From Chrysomallon squamiferum (lineage: Eukaryota > Animalia > Mollusca), in the NCBI GenBank assembly GCA_012295275.1, contig CM022666.1:6448001-6512000 (forward strand): 64,000 nt of DNA. Direction: 5' to 3'. Each line of letters opens with the position of its first letter. Position 1 is the stretch's first letter. Made by a program: the position numbers and the translations under genes. Below the pieces are notes generated by a model. The model was not told where the DNA came from and made no database searches. It was given only the letters and a program-made list of their open reading frames with translations. Shown piece by piece: positions 54,314 through 64,000 of the stretch.

Positions 54314-54670
54314 GAATATAATTTTTGAATACCTAAAATAAAAGACAAAAGTCTCTATCCATACACCCTCACAAACTTCTTATTGTATTGTCATACTTAA
54401 TTATTGGCAAAGGTTGATCATCTAAATAAAGCTATAATTTTTATTCATGCTATTCTTGCTTACCAAAGACACACTTTAAAGCAATGGTTTCAGATCTTAC
54501 GATAGCTTACAAAAATATTAATTATTGCACGAATCTATTACATTATAATTTGTCGTCATATATATATATATTTTTTTATTTTTTATTTCAGAATGGATGA
54601 GTTAAGTGATGACACAGATGAAAATGACAACAAAGTCGTTGACACTGAAGATGTGAAAGCTCTCCACTAA
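39270..54670 (+). CDS. ZBBX: Zinc finger B-box domain-containing protein 1-like (ciliary), ~1057 aa, 19 coding exons; 1-nt insertion at ~47135
   Basis: Exons 39270-39331, 41661-41774, 42216-42303, 42670-42712, 43322-43446, 44385-44480, 44903-44952, 45310-45373, 45674-45872, 46393-46590, 47096-47221, 47836-47927, 48361-48744, 49278-49477, 50347-50494, 50842-51695, 52961-53086, 54066-54192, 54592-54670. Coiled coil [15 protein letters not shown]; B-box [37 protein letters not shown]; [20 protein letters not shown]; [14 protein letters not shown]; all as recalled for ZBBX. Confidence 0.88.
39880..40085. repeat. Mixed (GT)/(AT)/(GTAT) microsatellite
   Basis: Directly visible; source of spurious VC/YI-rich ORFs. 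Confidence 0.9.
46836..46980. repeat. Pentanucleotide array drifting TTTTA > TTTCA > CTTAC > CCTAC > CCTGC
   Basis: The 5-bp period is kept while the unit sequence changes along the array. Confidence 0.85.
50017..50265. repeat. ~75-bp intronic tandem repeat (about 3 copies)
   Basis: TTTCAGATAATTATCATAT...TTTAATGAATAT unit recurring in a ZBBX intron. Confidence 0.75.
50388..50700 (+). repeat. ~156-bp tandem duplication of a ZBBX exon 3' part and its donor
   Basis: 50388-50543 versus 50544-50700; 9 substitutions in the ~104 exon-derived bases. Confidence 0.92.
50984..51330 (+). repeat. Coding 30-nt tandem repeat ([10 protein letters not shown] decapeptide, about 11 units) in the large ZBBX exon
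   Basis: Unit ACACCCAGAAATGAAATATCAAGAAATGGG; translation [30 protein letters not shown]... Confidence 0.93.
52015..52579 (+). mobile_element. Internally deleted Tigger/pogo-type element (MITE-like) in a ZBBX intron
   Basis: TA|TAGTGGAACCTCGGGTTACGAA ... TTCGTAACCGGAAGTTCCACAG|TA (imperfect ~22-bp TIRs, TA TSD). Remnant ORF from 52381, [45 protein letters not shown], resembles the psq/CENP-B HTH of Tigger transposases. Confidence 0.85.
53175..53660. repeat. Degenerate ~120-150-bp tandem repeat with (GTT)n spacers
   Basis: TGTTATATACTCAGTAATCTT...TTAGTATTGTGG recurs about 4 times. Confidence 0.65.
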
Positions 54671-55438
54671 CATTTTCATTAAAACGTCATTTTTAATATT
54701 TTTTTTCTAAATAATTTTCATATATTTATTTGACTTTTCTTTTAAAAATTAAGCAGAATTAATTTATATTTTAACTATTTTATTTATTATTATTATTATT
54801 GTTGTTATTATGATTATTATTATTATTATTATTATTATTATTTTAAATTTTTTATATAAAATATGGGGATATTTTATAAACTGTTTGAAAAGTTCATATT
54901 AAATTAAAAAAAATATAAAAAACCCAGAATAACCAACATCTATAATAATATATGAATTAACAAGTATTATTAATTAAGTTATTTTTAATATAAATAACAG
55001 TATTTTTTAAAATTTATTATTATTTTTTTTTTTATTACACTTTGGAATAATAATACTTAAGGGTATTTAATAATAAAATAAAACCTTGATAAACAACAGA
55101 TTTACAAAAAGAAAAAAATAAGATTTATAGATAACATAATGATTTTTTTTTTTTTCACATGATATCTCAATATTTTAATTAACTTAACAATCCTGAACAA
55201 TGGAGACAGATTTTGAAAAAAAAAAAAAAAAAGATTTATTTTTTTTTTTTTTTTGTTGTTGAATGCCTTGTCACTGTACTGTCAGTAACATTTAAATTGT
55301 TATAATGTGATCATTTGTGCTATACATGTCAAGTGGCTTAGTTTTCATGTGTGCTTCCTTCAATTTTTTTTCTTTTTTCTTATATAATGGTATGTTAGTC
55401 TCTTTGCTTTTATTGCAATTGTTACTTGTATGTGTGTG

Positions 55439-55495
<57 letters not shown>

Positions 55496-56299
55496 GTATA
55501 TGTATGTATATGTGTGTATATATATACACACACACACAAGTATAAATATGTTTAAAGAAACATACACAATTAAATATATTTACAGCAAATTACCAGACTG
55601 ATAGAATGGTAAAATATTAATAAGAAGAAAATTTAAAAAAAGAAATAAGAGCTAGGATGAGAAGGCCAAACTTGTCTTACGAATGAATGAATATCTGGCA
55701 AATAATTTTTTTTTACTTTTCTCATTTGAAAAGAGTAAAACAAAAAAAAAAAAATAATAATAATAGTAATAGAAATAATAATAGTAATAATAATACTATT
55801 ATTAAAAAATAAACCGATTTTATCACCATGTACTGTGTCTTATAATTGTTGTAGAAATTGATGTTGTAAACTTCTGTGATTTATTTTGTAAATTCTAAGT
55901 TGTTATTTGTGTGATGTTTTATGTTAGTTTGTAGAAAAATGATCTAAACACTGTGATTTCATCATATCAGTCTTTACTTAGTATCTCAAGAAAATCTTGA
56001 ATTGTGGCTCATAGGTAACTCATTATTTAGAACATTTGTTAAAATGAACAAATTTTAAGCTAAATTTTGATATTTTTTTTTTTCTGTACTGTTAGTGTAT
56101 ATATTGCATATCTGTGATCAGTGGTTGTCACTTTATAAGTTGTATTTATTACAAGTAAAATTATATATGTCATTGGTCTACTTTGTTTGTTTTTATTTTT
56201 TTTAAATCTCTGTTTTAAAGTATTTGTAGTACAAACAGTACTGAAATTCAACATCTCCATCTGTTATATTACCATGTACATATCACATACTTATATAAA

Positions 56300-56350
56300 C
56301 AGGGCCATCATTACCACATAGGCAAACTAGACAGCCACCTAGGGTACTGA
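56300..56350. mobile_element. Possible MITE terminus remnant
   Basis: CAGGGCCATC...CATAGGCAAACTAGACAGCCACCTAGGG resembles ends of common small DNA transposons (from recollection); no partner end found. Confidence 0.3.
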
Positions 56351-56449
56351 TTTCAGGGAGCTGATTTTAAAATATTGGAGGCACAATTCTGCTGTGAATG
56401 AATATTTTATCTTTTGAAATCACCTTATGGTTTTTAATATTCTTTTTAG

Positions 56450-56601
56450 AAACTGAATGAAAATTATGGCAAGATACAGGAAAAGTGGTAAGTTGACTCA
56501 AACATGCACACACACACACACACGTGTATATGTGGGTGTGTGTGTATTTCAGAACAAGAACTTCAGCAGATCACAGGTAGCTGAATTTAGATAATAAAAA
56601 C
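56450..56601 (+). pseudogene. Inverted remnant of TNF-ligand exon 2 and the start of exon 3 (second copy)
   Basis: TTTTTAG|38-nt exon (56450-56487)|GTAAGT, a short CA-repeat intron, then ATTTCAGAACAAGAACTTCAGCAGATCACAG, which matches the reverse complement of 58980-59010 at 29/31. Confidence 0.65.
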
Positions 56602-56725
56602 TCAGTATGGCTATGTCAGGGCATAAAATGTTAGTTTGATATATACAAGTCCATGACTACTGTCTTTCTGTCAGAGTACCAAAGATTATATATTACCAAT
56701 TATATTTCAGGCCTCTCGTAACAGT

Positions 56726-56820
56726 TTTACAGCATATACAGGCCAAAGTAGGTTGTCTCAGGATATCTCAAAATTCTGTTCACAACTGATGTTCTACCAC
56801 CACAGTGTCATTGGCTTTCA
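56726..56820 (-). pseudogene. 3' fragment of TNF-ligand terminal exon (copy C)
   Basis: About 95 bp nearly identical to 58068-58162 (...NRILRYPETTYFGLYML*) with a 1-nt deletion; its downstream flank 56425-56720 is paralogous to 60206-60500. Confidence 0.85.
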
Positions 56821-57251
56821 CAAACAAACAATCACAAAACAGAAGAAAAAAAATAAACAAAAAAATAAATAAATAATAATAATAATAATAATGCTATAAA
56901 GACTATAAACGTGGAAAATTAATATTTATTACTTCTTGGAAAACTTCCAGGTGAAAAAAAAAAGCAAGCCAACAACATAGTGTTAATATGTTGTTATTCA
57001 AAATATTTTCAACTATCCAAAGAATCTTATTAGATCATCTAAAAAATTTTTAAATAATAAATATATGTAAGTATATGTGTCTGTATATCTGGGTGTGTGT
57101 GTGTAAAAAATGAGATAATGAACATTAACTAAATTAATTGACGAAAATATCTCTATTTATATGGACCAAAATAAAAAAATAAATTAATAAATAGCAAAAA
57201 CAACAACAGTAATAATAATAAAAAATATAAAAATAAAGTAATAAACAACAA

Positions 57252-57286
<35 letters not shown>

Positions 57287-57757
57287 TTAACAACAACAAC
57301 AGTAGTATTGTAACAATTTTAAGTGTTAGGCCTCTATCTAGGTCTCTCATATTCAACAATAAGAGAACAGACTTGAGATAATAATACACAATTTTATTTA
57401 ATTTAACAATTTTTTCTATTTACAAAATACAATGTATGTGTTAAAATCAGAAACAAACAAACAAACCCAAACATTAATTTTATAAAATCTAAAGGAATAG
57501 CCACACTCGTAAATCTTTTGGAAGTATAAGAAAAAATGGCTTAGATCATTTTCAGAAAACATAAAAAGACCAAAGTAGGTTGTCTGATTAAAAAACAAGT
57601 ATCTAAAATTTATAACATTTTAGACTGAACCTTTTTTTATAATAATTTTATATATATATATATACCACTATTAAACACTATAGAAATTTCACTGTCACAT
57701 GATTACCGCAATATTAAAAATGGAACCCAAAATTAGCTAAAGAGAATTGAGACGACC

Positions 57758-57788
<31 letters not shown>

Positions 57789-58067
57789 CCTTTTAAAATC
57801 TATTTAAATTTTTTTTATCAAAAACAAAATTATAACAAACTATTTAGTGAAACTCCTGGTTTCAAGCTATGATGGAAATTTAAAGAATTTAAAGAACCAG
57901 GAATACGCTAAGATCAGCTGGATTTAGGGGCGTGGACACTATAAGTTAGTCAGTTAAGATATTTTGAAATTTTCTTATTGGTGGCAAGTAACAGAAAATT
58001 GTCTGTTACATGTTCTTATTCATGCCTCCCGTAACATTTCCTTATTCAAGATGTTCGTGTCTCAGTT

Positions 58068-59003
58068 TTACAGCATATACAGACCAAAGTAGGTTGTCTC
58101 AGGATCTCTCAAAATTCTGTTCACAACTGATGTTCTCACCACCACAGTGTCATTGGCTTTCAGGTAGTAAACAGCTCCAATGTAGGAAGCAACAAAACCT
58201 TCCTGATATCTTCGTACTTTGCAAGTTGTTTGAGGATTTCTGTAGAGGACATCATAATTTGGATATTTTTCAATTGAGTGACACAGCCTAGCGTATTCTA
58301 GCTCTCTGACTTGGTTGGCATGGAATAAAACGTTGCTGTATATGAAGTAGGGAGCCGTTTCTTTGACTTGAATCCCGTCAGCGACAACAGCCACACCTCC
58401 TTTCACAAACGATCTTTTACCAGACGACGTCCATTTGATGAGAGGCTTCGGTGTGTCTGAAAAGTTCATAAGAATAATTTATTTTTAAATAATATTTTAT
58501 TTTATATTATCAACAGTTGTAGTTAGTATTAGTAAGATATTTCTATTACTACTACATGATCCTTATATTAACTACTACCATCACTGGTGTTTTTACTCCT
58601 AACAGTTTCTATCACAATTTCTACAATTATTTCCTAACTACTACTAATATCTAAGTTATTACTACTACTACTATCAACAGACCAACATTTCTTAGTAACT
58701 ACTGCTATTACTTCAATTTTACTACTACTACACTTAACTGAGTACAACTATTCTACTACTACTACTACTAGTACTACTACCATTCTACTGCTACTACTAC
58801 TACTACTACAACTATACTACTATTACTCTACCACTACTACTACTCTACTACTACTATTACTAGTTCTCTACTACTACTACTATTTTTTTTCTTACTTTTG
58901 TCATATGTTGCATTCACTTCCATTTGTAGATGAGCCGATGTCTTCATATTGTTTTTATTATTCAGACGAGCAGCAATCTCTCTGATCTTCTGAAGTTCTT
59001 GTT
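58068..59003 (-). CDS. TNF-superfamily ligand copy B: stalk exon and TNF-homology-domain exon only, no own first exon found
   Basis: Exons 59003-58896 (EQELQKIRE...KTSAHLQM) and 58456-58068 (LIKW...GIQVKETAPYFIYSNVLF...SYIGAVYYLKANDTVVV...TTYFGLYML*). Open frames, intact splice sites and the same lengths (108, 389 nt) as copy A. Confidence 0.7.
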
Positions 59004-59479
59004 CTGAAATATATATATGTTCTCAAACAACATATATACTGATACATATATAAACATAGACTCTTATACACACTGTTTTTAAACTCTGCTAAATACTTTA
59101 TTCCATAATTCTGGATTGATGTAAGTGATACTGAAAAAATTACAATGACTGTTCATTTTGTTGACGTAATCAGAACATCAGACAATGGGATAACTGAGCA
59201 TGAAGTCATCACTAATGTCTATCTTTATGTTTATTTATTCTTGTCTTAATTTTGCAAATAAAATAGTGTCAAATAGAGGATTTTTGGGGGGTTGTCCGGA
59301 CATTTCAGCAGAGAGGGATAATATATTTTTTTATGTCTGGTCTGTGATGAAATTTTGAAATCTTTAATTTTTTTATTTATTGTTTCTATATTTTGAAACT
59401 GATATATTTGGATACCCACACCCACGCATATATCACGTCTCAGTTTAAATTACTGTGCAGTCGTCACGAAGCGTGTCCA

Positions 59480-60360
59480 GAAAAAGAATCGACAGTAACA
59501 ATGGTATCTCATTGTCAACTTTTAACAATCCCCAGTGCATTCGTTATCTTAAAAAGGTCTACCCAAGCAGTGTTTATGAACAGTTGTTTGCTAAGCGACT
59601 CGGCTGATACAAAATATTCTCAACATAAACTGATGTCAGGCTGGGACGTATGGTTGCCACGACATCTTATTTCACAGCCTGCTTGAATGATGCGACTGCT
59701 ATTGTATCGAGTCCACATAAACAACTGACACAGATTTGAAAATAAATGAATAAAAATAAAAAGTTTTTCTATCAGGGAATAACCCAATTTTCATGACCAA
59801 GCGCTTCCGTGTTGCTTGTGTAGATATACTACAGTGTATAGCTGGAGTGTATTAGGACATCTGAAATTAGACAATGTAGAGGCTCTGGATACAGATTTTG
59901 ATAATTTATTTAGGGTTAGACCATTGAAAAGTGATTGAACAAAAAATAATAAATCTCGCAGAAACCCAGCGATATCCATTAAAGTGTAGTCTGAGCTGTT
60001 GTCCACCAGAGAAGACTCAGGCTAAATTATATGAAATTATGATTTATTTTTCTTTTAAATTTTTAAATGTTCATTTTAAATAAAAAAATAAAAAAAAAAT
60101 TTAAATTTTTTATATAGATACAAAGGAAATTATAAAAAAGTAAAATTCAGTGTGCTCAAAACACATATTTATTCATTTAAAACGTCTTATTTTAGACATG
60201 TCTCATTATGGTTTTTAATATTCTTTTTAGAAGCTGAATGAAAATTATGCAAGATAAGCAAAAGTGGTAAGCTGACACAAACACACACACATATACATAT
60301 ATTTCAGAACAAAAACGTCTGCAGATCGCAGAGAACTGATTTTAGATAATAAAAACTCCG
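59480..60360 (+). pseudogene. Inverted decayed TNF-ligand paralog (promoter, possible exon 1 relic, exon 2 and exon 3 remnants)
   Basis: 59480-59612 is homologous to the reverse complement of 62407-62545; TTTTTAG|36-nt exon 60231-60266|GTAAGC; ATTTCAG|AACAAAAACGTCTGCAGATC...ATAATAAAAAC at 60301-60356 matches the exon 3 start but contains stops. Confidence 0.65.
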
Positions 60361-60502
60361 TTTGGGTGTGTAGCTATGTATTTAAACAGTATCTGGTCAT
60401 AAAGAGTTAGTTTGATATATACACGTCCATGAGTACTCTCTTTCTGTTAGAGTAAAACAATTTATATATAACGAATTATAATTCAGGCCTCTCGAAACAA
60501 TT

Positions 60503-62310
60503 TTACAGCATATACAGACCAAAGTAGGTTCTCTCAGGATCTCTCAAAATTCTGTTCACAACTGATGTTCTCACCACTACAGTCTCATTGGCTTTCAGGT
60601 AGTAAACAGCTCCAATGTAGGAACGAACAAAACCTTCCTGGTATCTTCCTACTTTGAATGTTGTTTGAGGATTTCTGTAGAGGACATCATAATTTGGATA
60701 TTTTTCAATTGAGTGACACAGCCTAGCATATTCCAGTTCTCTGACTTGGTTGGCATGGAATAAAATGTTGCTGTATATGAAGTAGTAAGCAGCGTGTTTG
60801 ACTTGAATCCCGTCAGCGACAACAACAGCAGCTCCTTTTACAAACGATTTTTTACCAGACGACGTCCATTTGATGAGAGGCTTCGGTGTGTCTGAAAAGT
60901 TTGTAAGAACAAATGATAATTAAATAATATTTCTATTTTAAATTTTCAACAGATATAGTTAGTATTACTAATATATTTCAATAACTACTACAAAGTCCTA
61001 TTATTAACTACTTTACTACCATCACTGATATTCTTACTACTAACACTACTAAACTATTGTTATCACAATTTCTATAATTATTTCCTAACCACTACTAATA
61101 ACTAAGTGATTACTACTACTACTACTATTTTTACCAGACTACATTTTAAGTAAGTACTACTATTACTTCTCTTTTACTACTACCACATTTATTATCAAAT
61201 CACCTGTTTTAACTGAGTACAACAACAACAACTACTACTACTACTACTACTACTACTAGTACTACTATTTGTTTTCTTACTTTTGTCATATGTTGCATTC
61301 AGTTCCATTTGTAGATGAGCCGATGTCTTCACATTGTTTTTATTATTCATATTGTAAGCGACCTCTCTGATCAGTTTAAGTTTCTGTTCTGAAATGTATA
61401 TATATACGTGCAGACACACGCAGACACACATATACATGTATACACTTATACCTTTATACATATCTAGACTCGTACACACGTACATACAAATACATAATCA
61501 TAAAAACTTTTGTGGATATTTAAATATGTTTGGTTGTGGGTTCCTGTTTGTGTGTGTGTGTGTCTTTTTGTGTGTTTGTCGGTGTTTGTGTGTGTTTGTG
61601 TGTCTGTGTGTATATGTTTATGATTGTGCTTGTGTGTGTATCTGTTTCTGCGACTGTTTTTATGTATGTCTGAGTGGGTATATGTGTGTCTGTATTAACT
61701 TACCACTTTTCTTAGCTTTTGTATGACTTTCACTCAGTTTCTAAAAAGAATGTTAATAATTATTTTGAAACTTGTCCATAATAAACAATTTTAAATTTAT
61801 AAATATATTCCAGCACTATTAATTTCTCCTTTTCATAATTCTTATATTATTAAACATATATGAATCTTTTTCCTTTTTTTAAATTTCATTTATAATTAAC
61901 ATAACTTTTTAACCTTTTTATGCAGCATTGACCTATTTCATAATTTCGTACCTACAAAATTTTTATTTTATTTTATTTTATTATTATTTCTTTTTATTTT
62001 CTAATTTATATATTTATGGAATTTTTTTAGAATTTAAAACAGAATTTACCTTTTTCATAATTTCACTGATCACTATTTCTCCATCGTTGTAACAACAATA
62101 CATGGTATTGTTCCTGGTTCTCTTCGTAGATTTGTCATCACAACAGTTGTCTTCTGGTTTGCACGAGATTTTCACACACAGTTCCTTGTCAAACAACAAG
62201 TTGGTTTCTCTGTTCAGAAATTGTTTTAATGTTACTGATACAATGGAACTGATGAGAATGAAGTTTAGTACCATAAGAGAAATGGCAATGACTGGAATAA
62301 TTGACTTCAT
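60503..62310 (-). CDS. TNF-superfamily ligand copy A (type II membrane protein), ~258 aa
   Basis: Exon 1 62310-62050 (hydrophobic anchor IIPVIAISLMVLNFILISSIVSV, Cys-rich stalk ELCVKISC..CC..YCC); short exon from 61951 (to 61933, or to 61914 if a homopolymer base is miscalled); exon 61388-61281 (KTSAHL); terminal exon 60891-60503 (GIQVKHAAYYFIYSNILF...SYIGAVYYL...RTYFGLYML*). Confidence 0.85.
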
Positions 62311-62406
62311 TTTCCTATTTTTCTTTTTGCACTGTATAGTGTATTTTATACTCTTACGTAGAATAGACACTGACTAGCGCATAAAAAATGTTATTGCCTG
62401 TGTTTC

Positions 62407-62545
62407 TTGTATCAGCCGAGTGGCTTGGCAAACAGCTGTTTATAAACTATGCTCGGCTATAATTACTTTTAAAGATAAAGATATGCACTGGTAGTTTTTA
62501 AAAGTTGTCCAATGAGCTGTCATTGTTACTGTCGGTTTTTTCCTA
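62407..62545 (-). promoter_or_regulatory. TNF-ligand core promoter with TATA box
   Basis: TATAAA on the minus strand at 62444-62439; the block is conserved in the inverted paralog at 59480-59612. Confidence 0.55.
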
Positions 62546-63289
62546 GCAGAAAAGAATTCACCCATGGACGACCGGATGACATTTCAACTTAACCATGACA
62601 TAAGTGTTTGTGGTTTGCACGAATGTAGGTGTATTCACACATGATTATATAACAGCAATATTTAACATACTGTCTATAAAGTATACAAATTATGCTTTAT
62701 AAAATAAAATTAAAATCATGTCACTGACTGGTGTACAAGCGAAAAATGACTTGAACAATGCTCCCATTAATATTACTTGACATTAACAAAAACAAAATAT
62801 AAAAATAAAAATTTCCAAAAACACAGACAAATACAGAACTAGACATTTGTACTTCTTTTGAAGTCAATGTCCAAGTAATTCTCGAGGAAATAAAAATAAT
62901 GAAAATACTAATCAGATGTTGCCAGTGTCTGAGTCAGACTGCGGTTTCACGACATTGACTCTCTTGGTATTAATAATATTAACAAAAATAACTTTTGTAT
63001 CACCTACTGAACTGAGGTATCGCTGTAGTCTTTATTTAATAACAATGGCAACAGCAAACAGTAATTATTATAATAATGATGATGATAAATTTGATAGTAG
63101 CAGTAGTAGTAGTATTAATGACGATGATGATAGTGATAATAAAATTATTAATAATCAGAATATTTATGATTCTGAAATGCTTCTGAAAAGAAAACCTATT
63201 CAGAGAAAAAAAAAATGCTTTAAATAGATTGTTCATTATGCACATTTTACAGAAAATTTTAATTGTGTGTGTGCAGGTGTGTGTGTGCA

Positions 63290-63915
63290 CTGATTTATGA
63301 GTTTAATTCGTTCCGTTACCGAGCTCATAATTCAGTTTGCTTGTATATCAAATCAATTTTCCCAACTGAAATTAAATTAAAAAAACAGCCCCCCAAATAT
63401 CACCCGAATTTTTGTAATGTGGTTTTAAATAAGAAAAAATGTATTTATAAAAGACAGATATTGCATAAAAACTAAACAAAAGAGAATGTAAAGAAATAAA
63501 TTGATTTTGTAAAGTGTATTTTATCTTGGAGATCAGACAAATTATTTTAACACCTTTGGCTGGAGTTACAGCCTTTATCGACTTCTTCACCTTCAATATG
63601 GCACATATCGTAGAAATACTTCGCTTGTACTGCCTAGCCAAGTCGACTATATGCACACCTCGCTCATGTTTTATATGAATTCGAGCTTTAATTTTATGGA
63701 CATCACCCGCTTCTTGTTCTCAGCACTGTCCTTTGCAGTCACTTTCTTAGGATCCATGGTTAGAAAAAAGAAATTTGCCAAAATGCTGCACAAAAACACG
63801 AGCACGTCAGAAAAGAGATGCTACCACAGCAAGGTAACCACGTGATGTAAATCAAGAGCTGTTTTATATTCACAGAGACATCAGATTTTCTGAAATATTA
63901 TGTTCGAATATGTAC
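63290..63915 (-). mobile_element. Degenerate Tigger (TIGD1-like) transposon fragment
   Basis: Minus strand from ATG 63757: MDPKKVTAKDSAENKKRVMSIKLKLEFI / frameshift / HERGVHIVDLARQYKRSISTICAILKVKKSIKAVTPAKGVKII, i.e. the N-terminal HTH of a Tigger transposase. Subterminal-like TTTAATTCGTTCCG near 63302; ends approximate. Confidence 0.8.
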
Positions 63916-64000
63916 AGAGATTTGTTTCCATAATCTATAAGATAAATCAGGAATTTAGTTGTGTCATAACAAAACATCCAACATCATCCAACGTCACCAA

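Noticed and set aside
59393-60006. ORFs 59393-59686(+) and 59791-60006(-) as the missing first exon of TNF copy B
   Set aside because: The minus ORF lacks a convincing TM segment and Cys-rich stalk; homology in this interval is on the opposite strand and decayed.

Overview
Very AT-rich, microsatellite-dense, intron-rich animal genomic DNA. The gene content and style suggest an invertebrate, possibly a mollusc or cephalopod (inference only). Hand-splicing gives four conserved multi-exon genes: UBAC2 (+, 732-5643), TM9SF2 (+, 9945-22834, with a 1-nt deletion in exon 5), SF3A1 (-, 38644-28510) and ZBBX (+, 39270-54670, head-to-head with SF3A1, with a 1-nt insertion in one exon). A rearranged TNF-superfamily ligand cluster follows (56.4-62.5 kb). 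It holds one complete minus-strand gene, a second intact stalk+TNF-domain exon pair with no first exon of its own, two 3' fragments, and an inverted decayed paralog (promoter plus exon 2/3 remnants) pointing antisense into the intact gene. Other signals worth checking: a U12-type intron, a micro-exon and a candidate poison exon in SF3A1; a duplicated, phase-compatible candidate mutually exclusive exon and a decapeptide repeat in ZBBX; a TTAA-flanked non-autonomous transposon with two kappaB sites in TM9SF2 intron 1; two Tigger-like remnants; and UBAC2-TM9SF2 adjacency as in vertebrates. All gene models are manual and homologies are recalled from memory, not searched.
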